From the NCBI RefSeq assembly GCF_009834535.1, contig NC_045696.1, forward strand, positions 29,328,001-29,392,000: a stretch of 64,000 nucleotides of DNA. Direction: 5' to 3'. The stretch comes from Camelus ferus (lineage: Eukaryota). The notes under the pieces are model-generated. The model was not told the DNA's origin. It did no database searches and saw nothing but the letters and a program-made list of their open reading frames with translations. Shown in pieces: positions 41,121 through 52,000 of the stretch (its first letter is position 1; each line of letters opens with the position of its first letter). Both the position numbers and the translations under genes were made by a program.

Positions 41121-43603
41121 AACGATGCGATGAAACAACTAGTTAGAATTAACTTAAAGCTCTGAAAAAGAGAAATGCAAATGTGCACTCTAAGGGAGCA
41201 AACTAATGAAGTTACCCTGGTTTCACCATGCTGGATAACTGAGTTAATGAAGCTCAGATTCACCCTAAACAGACATACAAAAAGACCTATGTGTATCCAT
41301 GGGAAAATGGCATAAAACCAAGGATTCTTTTATCTTATTCTGCTACTTTGGGAAGCAGAAAAATGCATTCTATTTATTGAAATCACTTTCCCTGACAATT
41401 TTTTTTCAGTCTGTTGTATTGATTGATCTTCATCAGTTTTAGCCTTGAAATGATAAAAAGGGTGGAATATAAACAAAGAGCTGCCTGCACAATATTTAGG
41501 TGGAGAACATTCATCAGTGTGAACAGCTCTAACTTAAAAGCATAAGAAGAGTATTCCCCCAATGCCCAAGTATAGTTCTCAGCTTTAATGAAAAAGAGAC
41601 AATTAGAACAAAGGCACTTGCTCACTTCAAGTCACAATTCATCAAGCTGTCAAAGACAATAAAATGCTACATACCTAATCTTTCCTGTTAACCATAATGT
41701 AGGCAATGCAATTACATTGTTGCAGCAAATTGGCAAGAATTAGAGGAAGAATTAATGTAAAAACCTTGTGAAATTTTCTGTTCCAGTAAATGGTGTCATT
41801 CATATTTTAAAATCTGGTAAAGAAATATTAAATATTAAGTGAATTAGCAATAAATACTTCTTATTAGGCCCATTTTCTTGCTTAGAAGTATTAGAGATTT
41901 TTAAGTATATAAGCCAGGGCAAATTAATTAGCACCACCAAAGCCATCTACTGAAATTAAAACCAAAAGATAATTTTAGGTGAAACGGAAAGCAGTAACAC
42001 AAACACTCAGTAATACATAGAAATGCAAGAGGACAGATAAATTTAGTCTCAAAAATGATCAGAATGCTTTCAGTGGTCTTCATTCATAAACAGTAGATCC
42101 ATATCCACACAACAGAGGAAACTAGCTGACTATGAAATTACATGATTTTATACGAACTGTGTAAAATCATTTCACATGAAATTATATGAATGATAAGGAG
42201 TATTTTCTAAATGACCTCTGTTTTCCAAACTCAGTTCTTGGCACTATAAGGAATACAGAAAAATAAAGCAAAGCCCCGCCCCTCCCTTAAAATAGCAAGC
42301 ATTAATTGAGCACTAGAGATGCCAACCCAAGGAGTAAAAAGATGAGGAGAAGTTGTGTCTCCTCTGAAGGAGCCCACAGTCCCTTGGGGAGTGCAGTGTA
42401 TAAACAAGTCATTGGAATCTATACTTTACTGTTCATGTATGCCAAGAAAACGGAGGACATGTGTCTTTCATACCTGATCTTGTTTCAAGTCTCTACCCTG
42501 GTGCCTAACAGTGATGAGACTGGTTCTTCAATCTTGTCTGATAGTCTCACTTTAACTTATTAATTATTCAGCTAATTCAAAGTTTAACCTCCATCACTGC
42601 TGTCTCTGCATCTCCCACTTCTGTACCTTAAGGAACGAAAGCATTTATGGAGGGGTGGAGCTTGCTGGACTTCAGGACTTGGACACTCTCTGAATCCTGA
42701 TTGCTCTGTGCCCTGTGAAGCTTCAGCAAGCTCTGCTCCCCTTACTGTCTCATCGACACCTTGTTGCCATTGGGACTCTCCGTGTGTTCTCCTTCTAGCC
42801 TTGGCCACGTATGTACTCAGCCCCGCCAGATCAATCTTCCTGGCTCCCTCTTCCCTGAAGCTCATCAGCCAGCAGTGCTGGTCACCTGCATCCACCCAGA
42901 ACCATGGAGGGATGTTTCCGCTCACCTCTTCTGCACACACACGAAAACTGCCACTAGCTCCAGTTCTGTCGCTCTCTGCTTGCTCAAACAGAACACACGT
43001 TCATCCCAACCATCAGGTAGCTATCCCATGTTGAATTTTCATTTTAAATTCCAAATAGGAAGTAGAACAAAAAAAGCACTCCTTGCCCTTTTTCCCCTCC
43101 ACAAAACACCTACCTCTCTCCCATCTAACCCCATAAATTCCATACTTCTTTAGAGGAAAAGAAGAGCTCTCTTATACTATTTTCTGTCAGCAGATGCATA
43201 TCATATTTTTCTTATGTTTCTTCCAGGGGGCATAAAACCACAGACTTTAGCCTAAACTACTTACTTACTTTATCCTATGATAATTATGGATAGATTTTAG
43301 GAAGAGGAAATGATTTTTTTTCCAGTAAGCAAAACACATACAGAAATTCCTCACAAACATTATCCCTATTAGACCATAATCTTATTATAAGTGCAGTACA
43401 GGAAGACAATGCTAATGCTGTGAAAGCATAAATAAGAAGGGTTAGATTAATTTGAGAGACTGAAGAAGTTTTGGAAAAGAGCAGTCTATTACAAGGGTAA
43501 GGATAAGCAGGATTTTCAAAAATCGAAACGACAAACATTAAAAACCAAAGATCTACTTCTATTTATACAAATGTATTTACTGATCAACAAAATATGAGTT
43601 CTA

Positions 43604-44925
43604 TGTCAGACACAGAGATGTGCCACCCAGAGGCACCGCTTCAGGAATGAAGGGCATATTCAGCAAGCAGCCTGCAGCTCTAGCTCCTTCAGGATCTGCC
43701 CGAGTTTCAGAAACCACACCGTTTTGAGCCCATATTAATTGCTAAGCAAAGTGAGGGTATAAAGTCCCAGGAATTTTGACCTGGTATGACACTCTGATGG
43801 GCATTACTCACTTCAGAGCTCCCTGCCAAGTCAGCTAGGGCTTTGTGGGGCCCACATTGCAATGCAACTCTTTCAAGGTCAAGTTTTGCCTCCTGCTTTT
43901 CCTTGCACAGAAGTTGATCCTTAATAAATGCTTTACACCCCGAGCTCTATCTCCGCTCCTGGAGAAACCAGAAATGAGGTCTATGAAAGTAGGCCATCAG
44001 TGGGGGCTTTGAAACTAGATGACTCAGCAAGCTGCAGGCAATGAGGATGCCATCACTGGTGGTAAGTCAAGAACATTCCTCCGACAAGGTGACAGTTAAT
44101 GCTCAACTAGTGGTGAACTGGAGGGTGTCCCAGGGAAGGAGGAAATAAATTACCACAGGTAAAGATCAAACATTGCAACTGAGGGAGGAACTAGCAGATG
44201 TAAGAATCACAGCATGGGGTGGCTGTGGCTAAAGGCCACGGATGCTCCATTGGGAAAGAGAACAAGCAGCAGAGGTAATAGGCAACCAGAAACCAAGTGT
44301 GAAAGCCAGAGGTCTGTGTGGTTGCCTACAAAGACACACTTACCATCTGCACGGCAGGACAGAAAAAGCCACACACCAAGTCCAGGACCTAATAGACCGA
44401 GTGGTTAAACGCCCAGCAACAAACAAGGTGAAATGCCCAACTGAGGCAAGTCAGTCACGCCGTGGGGAGGGCTCTGAGCAGGAAACCCTAGGATGCTGAC
44501 CTGTGAGCTCGAGCTGCCGTCTGAGTATATACGAAGTAGATGAGCCCAGGTGCAAGGGGCACACTGAGATGGATGTGATGTGGTGCCCAGACCTGATGGG
44601 AAAGGGCCTGATGTGGGGAGACTGGGAAAGGGCCTGATGTGGGGAGACTGCAGATACCCTCCAGCTGTCATCCACAGCTGGTTACTAAGTGAGGGGAGGG
44701 GTGTAACATTTAGACAGTTCCGTCTGACACACAACACTCTGACAAGTGAACTTGCTCCAGAGCCGCCTGCTGGTCTGATCTAAATTTGTCTAGTCTGTTT
44801 TACTATTTCCTTTGCCCAAGCTTGCCTCCTCTCTTTTTCTTTCCCAGATTTCTATCTCATGTATACATTTTGAATCCCAAACTCCATCTCAAAGACCGCT
44901 TCCAGAGATACCAAATTGCAACTCC
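43604..44925 (+). mobile_element. ERVL LTR16-group element: LTR, short internal remnant, second LTR remnant
   Basis: Starts tgtcagacacagagatgtgccacccaga, with AATAAA and LTR end near 43970, then ERV3-16A3-like internal text (catcactggtggtaag), then a second LTR-like end (aaactccatctcaaagaccgcttccagaga). Confidence 0.55.
44599..44650 (+). repeat. perfect 26-bp tandem duplication GGAAAGGGCCTGATGTGGGGAGACTG x2
   Basis: Units at 44599-44624 and 44625-44650 are identical. Confidence 0.97.
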
Positions 44926-45149
44926 AACTGTTCAAAGAGATACTACAGCACAAGTATTAACATGCAGTTAGAAGGCATTTGAGGGGTTTTGGTTGTTGCC
45001 TATAGATTATAGTTAATGAATACTTGACAGGAAGCATTTGAGGTCAATTTTTGCACTCCTGAGAAAGAGAATTTTTTTCACCTGTAGAAGTATCTAATTC
45101 TTTGTTGGTTTTCAGTCTTAGGAATTTTCCCGGATGAAATCTGAAGCAG

Positions 45150-45910
45150 CCCCCCCTCCTCCCCATTCCCCGCCCCACAGACAAGGAGAGCAAGGAGAGA
45201 CTGAAGAGGCAGCCACTCCAGGCTGGGGGTGGCCGTTTTAATAAGCGCGGGAACTTACTCACGGGACTTGTTGTGGGCGGCAACAAGAAGAGCAGATCTC
45301 CACACCCCTCCGCGTCTGCCAGAATCAGTTTTTACGTGGGTCTTAACAGACTTCACTCACATATACTATCCAAAGGTCTCAGCAACACGTTGCTCTCTCC
45401 CGGCTGCATCCACGAAAATGGCTCCCACTTTAGAAACGTGACTCCCGAGACCAGCCCCAACCAGGGTCCACCTGCCGGTGTCACTCCAGCCGATAGGAGA
45501 CAGTTCGGTGCAGAAGCAAAGGAAAACGCTGTTCCTTGATCACAGAATGGACAGGCGTGAGCTGGTGCTCTAGGGTTAACTCTGGCCACGCTCCCCAACA
45601 GGCCAGGAACAAGCGGCTTTGCCAGCAGGGAGGGGAGGCCGCGAAGTTCTCGCGAGTCCAGGGCAGTTGCGTTGCTCAGGACCCTTCAGCCTGAGGTGCG
45701 AGAGGCAGCATCTCAGCGCAGGCCCACCCGCCGCCGCCGCTGCCGCCGCCGCCATCTCGAGTCTTGAGTTTGCGCACAGCGCTTCTGCGCACGGTCGGCC
45801 AGGCCGGGGTGCCCTGACGCAGCGGTTCTGCGTTGGGAACACTAATCCAACGTCTCAGGTGCAAGGCATCTTCGTGCGGCTCCCGGCAGGCAAGCGAAAC
45901 TAGACTGAGC
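45150..45910 (-). promoter_or_regulatory. CpG-island promoter / first exon(s) of an unidentified minus-strand transcript
   Basis: The only strongly CpG-dense segment in the window. YY1-like GAGATGGCGGC at ~45748-45758 (minus); TCTCGCGAGT at 45648-45657 (9/10 to the BANP/ZBTB33 palindrome); TGCGCA NRF1-like half-sites; minus-strand donors GTGGGC (45727), GTGAGT (45360) and GTGAGTAAGT (45262/45258). Confidence 0.8.
45728..45753 (-). repeat. (GCG)n trinucleotide run encoding Ala8 after ATG 45755
   Basis: Minus strand: ATG GCG GCG GCG GCA GCG GCG GCG GCG GGT. Confidence 0.9.
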
Positions 45911-45949
45911 ACGAAAGAAGAGGTTAGACCTCATCACCTAGATTCCATC

Positions 45950-46110
45950 TTATTTTTCCCAAGGCCCCCAGTGGGCTTTGCCCATAACAGAAATGTTGGG
46001 CAGAATATGTATTTCAAGGACAAGACAGAGGGTGAGGAGCCTCTGAAACTGCCCGGGTCCAACTGGTGGGTCAGACGGCTGCTACATCCTCTCAATAACC
46101 TTGTCCAACA
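45950..46110 (-). mobile_element. 3' LTR (truncated) of the provirus
   Basis: Begins TGTTGG at 46110, right after the PPT AGGAGTGGTGGAG (46111-46123). Aligns by eye with 51200-51312 (shared gagggtgaggagcctc, caaggaca, gggtcca). Homology fades at about 45950. Confidence 0.8.
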
Positions 46111-46129
46111 CTCCACCACTCCTGACTGG

Positions 46130-47480
46130 CTTTTATAATCTCCCCCGCCTCCCGCTTCCTCATTGTGCCCTGAGAGGTCAGCAAGGGGTTTCACTAGCCG
46201 GGAGGTGGCTCGTTTGGCAGCTGTCTGGCTGCAGATGCCCCAACAACTGTCTAAGCACATGAAGAGAATATGCACATTAAGATAATAATTTCTAAGTAAC
46301 AAATGTTTCCTCCAAGAGCCCCATGATCCAAAACCACTGATTTACTAACTCTTCTAGGGGACCAGGGGGACAGGCGATGGTCGGATCACTCATTTGCATC
46401 CTCACGTGATTCAATAAAAATGACATCCTAGCAGATCAATCAGGTATCAACACACAATATTGTTTAGATAATGACATAGGTGCCTCCTTGTGAGTCAGTA
46501 ATAATGTCCCAGGCTATTCTATTTGGGGGGGACAGGGTTTCTCATTAGAGGCATGTCAGTGTTCATTAAGGACAGGCTTTGCCAGTTATCATTTCAGGCT
46601 CACGGGATGAATTTAGTAAGGGCTCCTGTGTGTGCTATAAAGTCCTCCAGGCCCTTGGAGGGAACCAAGATGGTGGCCAAATGAACAAGTAGAAAACAGA
46701 ATGTGGCCGTCTAGCCCTGTGAAGTGGATGTTGCCAACTTTTGTCACCCTAGGGCGGATTCTCCTCTGTGCTCAGGGAAAATACAGTGTGCAGAGGCCAG
46801 CAAACCAGGTGGAAGTAACAGTGAAAGATTTGTGGCCATTTGTGAGGCTACTCAATAAATACTTGGGCTGTGTGACTGGTCAGTGCCAAACCAGTCACTA
46901 TCCTTTAATGTGACAGAATGAGGACACAGTTCCAGGGATATCCTTCCCATAATCCTGGGGCAACTGGGTTGCTTCTGTGCAGAGGGATTTTTCTGTTCCC
47001 AGCATAAGGGTGCTTGGGTGCTCGAAAGTACATAACCCAGGGTGAGCCACATAAAGCCATCCCAAGTCTGAGCCAAGCCACCCAGTGCTCTGGTTGTGGT
47101 ATTTTCAGTATTCTTCCAGTCAAGAGTTTGTTGGGCTGCCTGTGTAGTTTGATTGACAAAAAAGAAAAAAGAATACCCATGCCCAGTGTTACTGTTATTG
47201 ATAGTATGTGACACAGACCAGATGAATAAAGAGTGCTAATCCTAGCTTTTCTTCTTTAATGTACTGCCTTAGGGCCCACCACTCTTCTTCCTGGAGTAGT
47301 GATCCCACCACGGCAATCCTGATGAGCTCGAGAGGGGCAGCTCCCACATACCCAACACTCAGAGTGATTCCTTTGCTGGGCATATGAGTGGGCCCTTTGT
47401 TGAAACACATTTCCACCAGGGGCCCATCCTGTGACTGCAGGAGCAGCAGAAGTCTAATTATGGAAGGACAGCTATTTACT
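46130..47480 (-). pseudogene. env: decayed gamma-type retroviral env
   Basis: ECWVCG..LPLSSSSGLPWW (CWVC 47346-47357); furin site RARR (46707-46718); LATILVPSKGLED..; ISD/CX6CC remnant NRIAWDIITDSQGGTYVII*T..CVLIPD (~46440-46530); hydrophobic, Cys-rich TM/tail (~46200-46310). Multiple stops and frameshifts. Confidence 0.85.
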
Positions 47481-47799
47481 AGAAACTTGTAGGGAAGGTC
47501 TTCCCCTTCTCTAAGAATAACAATTGTGGACTGATCCCTAGATATTAATGTGGCTGCCACTTTAGGAAAAAGACTTGGTTACGCACACCAGGCACATTGG
47601 CTGGGGGAGGCAGTACTGTCAGGCATGAGGAGAGGGACTAGGGGCAAGATATGACAGATCAGGCCCCTGCCTTCTCCCCTCTTTCAGTGGTCTGTGTTCC
47701 ATTTCAGATCTAGTGTGTTTCCATTGGTCAGGCTTGCAGTAGGACAACAGGATCCCAACAGAGGTGGAGTTATTGCCCCTCCCCCAAGGGGTGTGACGT

Positions 47800-49200
47800 A
47801 ACTTGCTCATCCAGATGGGCTGTCCCATTGCAAATTAGAGTAGATAATGCCTTTCCCAGATGTAATGGGACTTGGTGTTTTTCACATAATCCATTATAAC
47901 AGTTGACCCACCGTCAAGACCTGGGGCAACAGTTGTTTCCTGCGACTTGGATATCTTCATGGTATTGGCTGTCCCATGAGAGGTGCCCAGTCTGGCATTT
48001 GGGACAACAAGCTTTAGTGATTGATCATTCAAATACATTAAAGTCTGAAACAGTACTTTAGTCCACCTTGCCAAGGTGTTTCATCTAATAGTAATTTAAT
48101 CTGCTGCTTTAATATTTCATTCTTCTTTTCTACTAAACCAGCTGCATGTGGCTAGAGGACAGATGGAGCTTCTGTTCAATGTCATGTCCTTTTGTTAGTC
48201 TTGCACCTTATGACCTTTGAAATATGGCCTCCAATCACTGTCTATTTAATAGGGTATCTGTATACGGTACTCAGCTTTTCTAATCCTCTAATGTGGATTA
48301 GAGGTGGCAGTCTGGTTTGGGCAGTGACAGGGGAAAGCTTGGGTTAGGCCAGATGCAGTGTTCACACAAACCAAAGCATGTATGAACCCTCACTCAGAGG
48401 GAGGGGGCCAACATAATCAACTTGCCTACCCCTCACCAGTTGGGAACTCTAGTGTATGGCCCCAGACTCCTTTGGCAATTGCCTTCGGCATTGTTTAGGA
48501 CACACAGAATATGCTGTTACTGCATTAACCAAGTCACTGTATTTCAAGGGCATTCAGCATCCTTGGCAGTATGCCATCCCCCCTGGGCACTATAGTGGCC
48601 ATTCTTTATCTGCACCCAGTCTTCTGTGTCTACTGAAGGGTTGGTTGCAAGGGCTAGTATCTGAGCTAGTGCATCAGCTTCCTGATGCCAGGGGGTGTCA
48701 GTGCCTTACAAGCTGGGATGAGGAAGACAGTGAGGACTGCCTCAGGTTCTTGCAGATGAACCCAACTGTCTTTCCACATGTCTTGACCCCACAAAACCTT
48801 GTTCATGATCATCCACCCCTTGGCTTCCCATTGTCCAAGCCATCGGGTTATCTCTTTGGAACAGCCCAGCTGCCAGTGCAAAGGGTTACTGTCTAGGAAC
48901 TGTGAGTAAATCAATCACCAGCTAAATCTTTCTTGAGTTGAGCCACTGGCTGCTGTGGTTCGTTCCTGTTTCCATCCAGATGGTGTCAGTGTTGGGCTGA
49001 ATAGCGAATGCAGTTTTCATGTGGCAGGTGCCTCGAATGGAGCCATCTCTATAGCAGATATCAGGAAGAATTTCCCCTGCTCCCTCTCTGCAGGCAGCAG
49101 GGGCCCCCACAAGAATAGGGGTGGGGGCATCTGGAGGATCTATGTACTCCATAGGGCCTAGCGGCACCCACATTTCTAGAGACAGTGGATTGGCAGACAG
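47800..49200 (-). pseudogene. pol: decayed pol remnant (RNase H and integrase)
   Basis: YRDGS..AFAIQPNTDTIWMETGTNHSSQW and WLGQWEAKGW..LWGQDMWKD (RNase H); QVDYVGPL (48401-48424) and CVNTASGLTQAFPC (integrase), typical of class III ERVs. Confidence 0.85.
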
Positions 49201-49499
49201 GGACTCTTGGGCTGCAAATGGGCATGCAACTTAATCAAAGTGGGAGTTTGAGCCATGGCAGAAGTGAGTTAATAAAGCATACTTTCAACCCACCCCTTGA
49301 TAGGAAGAGCTTTTACCATGATATGCTGTTTCCTCCTGAGAGACTACCTGGAGGAGCACTGCGTGCAGGGCTAGGAGCAGTGAAGAGAGAGCTCAGCAGG
49401 AAGCCTCCCATCACCTCCAGTGGCCCTCACCTTGAGGCAGTCTTGGCCCAAATCTTACCCCGGGGCACAGGAGGCACCCACCCCATTAGGGATGGTAGG

Positions 49500-50800
49500 G
49501 AAAGGTGGGTCAGATCTGAGCTGTTGTTTAGATTTTAAGGCTTTGCATAGGTCAGTCAACACAGCCGTGGACTGAAGGTCTATCTTTTCAGACCACGTGT
49601 GCTTTTAGGTTACATTTACTGGACACTTAACAGCTGATTGGGGCAGCCCTTTGGCCTTTTGAGCTCCCTCTCTGTCTTGGATCTTTCCTACAGCCTGTAC
49701 CCATTCCTAAGATTTGTCAGTTTTCCTCAGATCAGCAATAGATTGCCCCAAATCATAAACATCTTGTCCCACAACTGGCCTCAGTGTGGATATCAGCGTC
49801 CCATACCAGGTGCTGGGGGAAGACCACAGTGAATGTGGCCTAGTCAGGGTGTTTAAAGACAGGGGCACAGATGGCCTGTCTCATTTCCAATTCTTAAGAA
49901 CTTTTTGTATCTCCTTTGCAGATTTCCAAGGCCCCATATGCCCAGGGAGACACCCACCTCACTGGGCCAAACTTCCTTGTAGGATAGAATATTCCAATCC
50001 ACAAGAGAGTTCCTTGAAACTCCTGAGAATCCTGAAGGTGCTGCCAGAGAACAGAGTGTGTAGTAATGTTGCTCATTTTCTCTGCCTCCTACCCAGTCAG
50101 AGCAATGCCGTCACCCCCTGTATCCCATAACAGCACTGACCTTGCCTGGATACTTTACCTGGCCTTTTGTTGGAACTTGGCAGCTGTATCAACAAGCTCA
50201 ATGGAAATCCATTCTCACATCATGAACATTTCCTGAATCTGGGGCTGCCCTGCTGGCTGTGGTTGTGGCCACAGTGCTTTGGCTTTCCTTTGTACCAGGG
50301 TCAGATGCCACATGTGCTTCAACCATTTCACAGTCAATCACAACATCCTCCTCTTCACTCCCCTCACCTTCCCAGGGTTCACCTCCTAGTGTCCCAACCA
50401 GGCTTTGTCACAAGCATCTGGACCTTAATCCTCAGCAGACTGCACCCTCCTAGCTTTGCAAAATGACAAGCTAAGGTCTCCAACTAGTTATCCTGCCCTC
50501 CCACCTTGTCTGCCAGCCCTAAAGCAAGCACAGCAGTGGACACCCTGTATGTCCTTCTCTAACTTCGGCCATTCTTCCAACTTTCTAATTAAGTTTCAGC
50601 CTCTAGTGGACATCAGTGGCGAGCCAACCTGCCCACAGTCGAGGCCAGCCACTGCAGGGGCTATTTGTTTCCCTACTTTACTGCAGTGCACTCTGTGCAG
50701 TTCCACACACAACTGCGTTAGACTAGCTGGTGTTTTCAGGACATCCCCAGTACTCACACAGTGGTCCACAAGCATCTAACACACAGGCCGCCCCTCCTAC
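49500..50800 (-). pseudogene. gag: decayed class III gag remnant
   Basis: ELVDTAAKFQQK and LWDTGGDGIALTG*EAEKMSNITTHSVLWQHLQ (~50030-50200) resemble ERV-L/ERV-S gag. Boundaries approximate. Confidence 0.7.
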
Positions 50801-50869
50801 ACAGAGGTCAATGCCCAATTCGGGAATCTCTCCCAAGGATGCCTCTTTCCCAAGACCAATTTCTTTGGT

Positions 50870-50887
50870 CTCTTGGCTGGCTTGCCA
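50870..50887 (-). other. primer-binding site, tRNA-Arg(ACG)
   Basis: TGGCAAGCCAGCCAAGAG matches 16/18 of the complement of the tRNA-Arg(ACG) 3' end (TGGCGAGCCAGCCAGGAG). It lies 2 nt inside the 5' LTR boundary. Confidence 0.8.
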
Positions 50888-50889
50888 GT

Positions 50890-51312
50890 TATTGGTTGGC
50901 AACCTCAGGAATTTCCAGGATGAGATCTGTGTATGGCTCCTATACACAAAGGGCAAGAAGAGACTTAAGAAATTGGCAGGCCACGCCAGATTGGCTGTTT
51001 TAATATACAAGGGGACTTACATATGATACTTGACTTGAGCAGCTTCAAGATGGGTAGATTCCCCACACTGCCCACCAGAATCTTAAAAATTTATGTAGAA
51101 GCCTTAGCTAGGTTTAGTCACCTGTGCAATCCAGGTGGTCTCAATGATACACTACTTTCTCAAGTCTACAGTTTTGAAAGGGCACCTTGTGTGGGAGTGG
51201 TAGGCAGAACATACATTCCAAGGACAGAGGAGAGGGTGAGGAGCCTCCAGCCACCTGGGTCCAGCTCACAGGCCAACCTGCAGTCACGTCCTCTTGATGA
51301 CCTCCCCCAACA
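50890..51312 (-). mobile_element. 5' LTR of the provirus (~423 bp)
   Basis: Starts TGTTGG at 51312, ends just before the PBS, and is homologous to 45950-46110. Confidence 0.8.
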
Positions 51313-51559
51313 TTCTTCCCAGTGCCAAAACAAAATACTGTGTCATAAACTTCCATCTCATTTGGGGTGTTTCTATGTCTTTGGTTCAGTCTTAATAGCC
51401 TGTGCTGATTCTCAATCTGAAAGTTGGCAAATATATGGATTCTCTGGCATAAAGTTCACATTTATAATGTATATAATGCATATAAATTGAGATAGAGTAT
51501 ATGCTTAATACAGTATGGCCAGAAGAACAATTATTATTATCTCATAGGCATTCAGTCTA

Positions 51560-52000
51560 AATATCTTATTTAAGGATCAACAAAGGAAGCCATGAAATTG
51601 GACAATATCAGGAAGGGAGTGAGTGTAGAAAGAAAAAAAAAGACGTCTATGGACTTCCAGCATTAAAATGTCGGGGAGATGAATAGGAACTGAGGATGAG
51701 CAGCCAGTGAAGAAAAGGAGAAGCAGCGGCGAATGCACATCACAGGTCCTGTGACAAACACTTCACCAGGGAGGGGAGGACCCGGTATGTGAAATCCTTC
51801 CGAGATATCAACTAAGGCGAGAAAACAATGAGCAACTGGAATTTAGAATGTGGAGGTCGCTGGTGGATTTGATGGAGGCTTTGACCTGCTGTGGCAGTGT
51901 CACACACAATGACTGGAGTGGGTATGAGAGAGAAAAAAGAGAAGCTCAAAGAAGGTTACATTTGTAAACCACTCCCTTTAGGATTTTTGTTACCAAGAGG
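51560..52000 (-). mobile_element. L2 fragment
   Basis: aagccatga...gggagtgagtgtaga...gagcagccagtga...tggaggtcgctggtg...gactggagtgggt. Confidence 0.7.

Larger units (their letters stand above)
45950..51312 (-). mobile_element. ancient defective endogenous retrovirus (class III ERV-L/ERV-S-like, MER54/MER74/LTR53-group-like LTRs) with env
   Basis: Two homologous LTR copies, a PBS, a PPT, and gag, RNase H, integrase and env motifs in collinear order on the minus strand. Confidence 0.9.

Noticed and set aside
45576..45842. 88-aa single-exon protein in the CpG island
   Set aside because: GC-rich DNA yields open frames on both strands, there is no homology, and a candidate donor follows the Ala run.
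46130..47560. Domesticated (syncytin-like) env gene
   Set aside because: Many stops and frameshifts, including in the ISD and CX6CC region; no long ORF.
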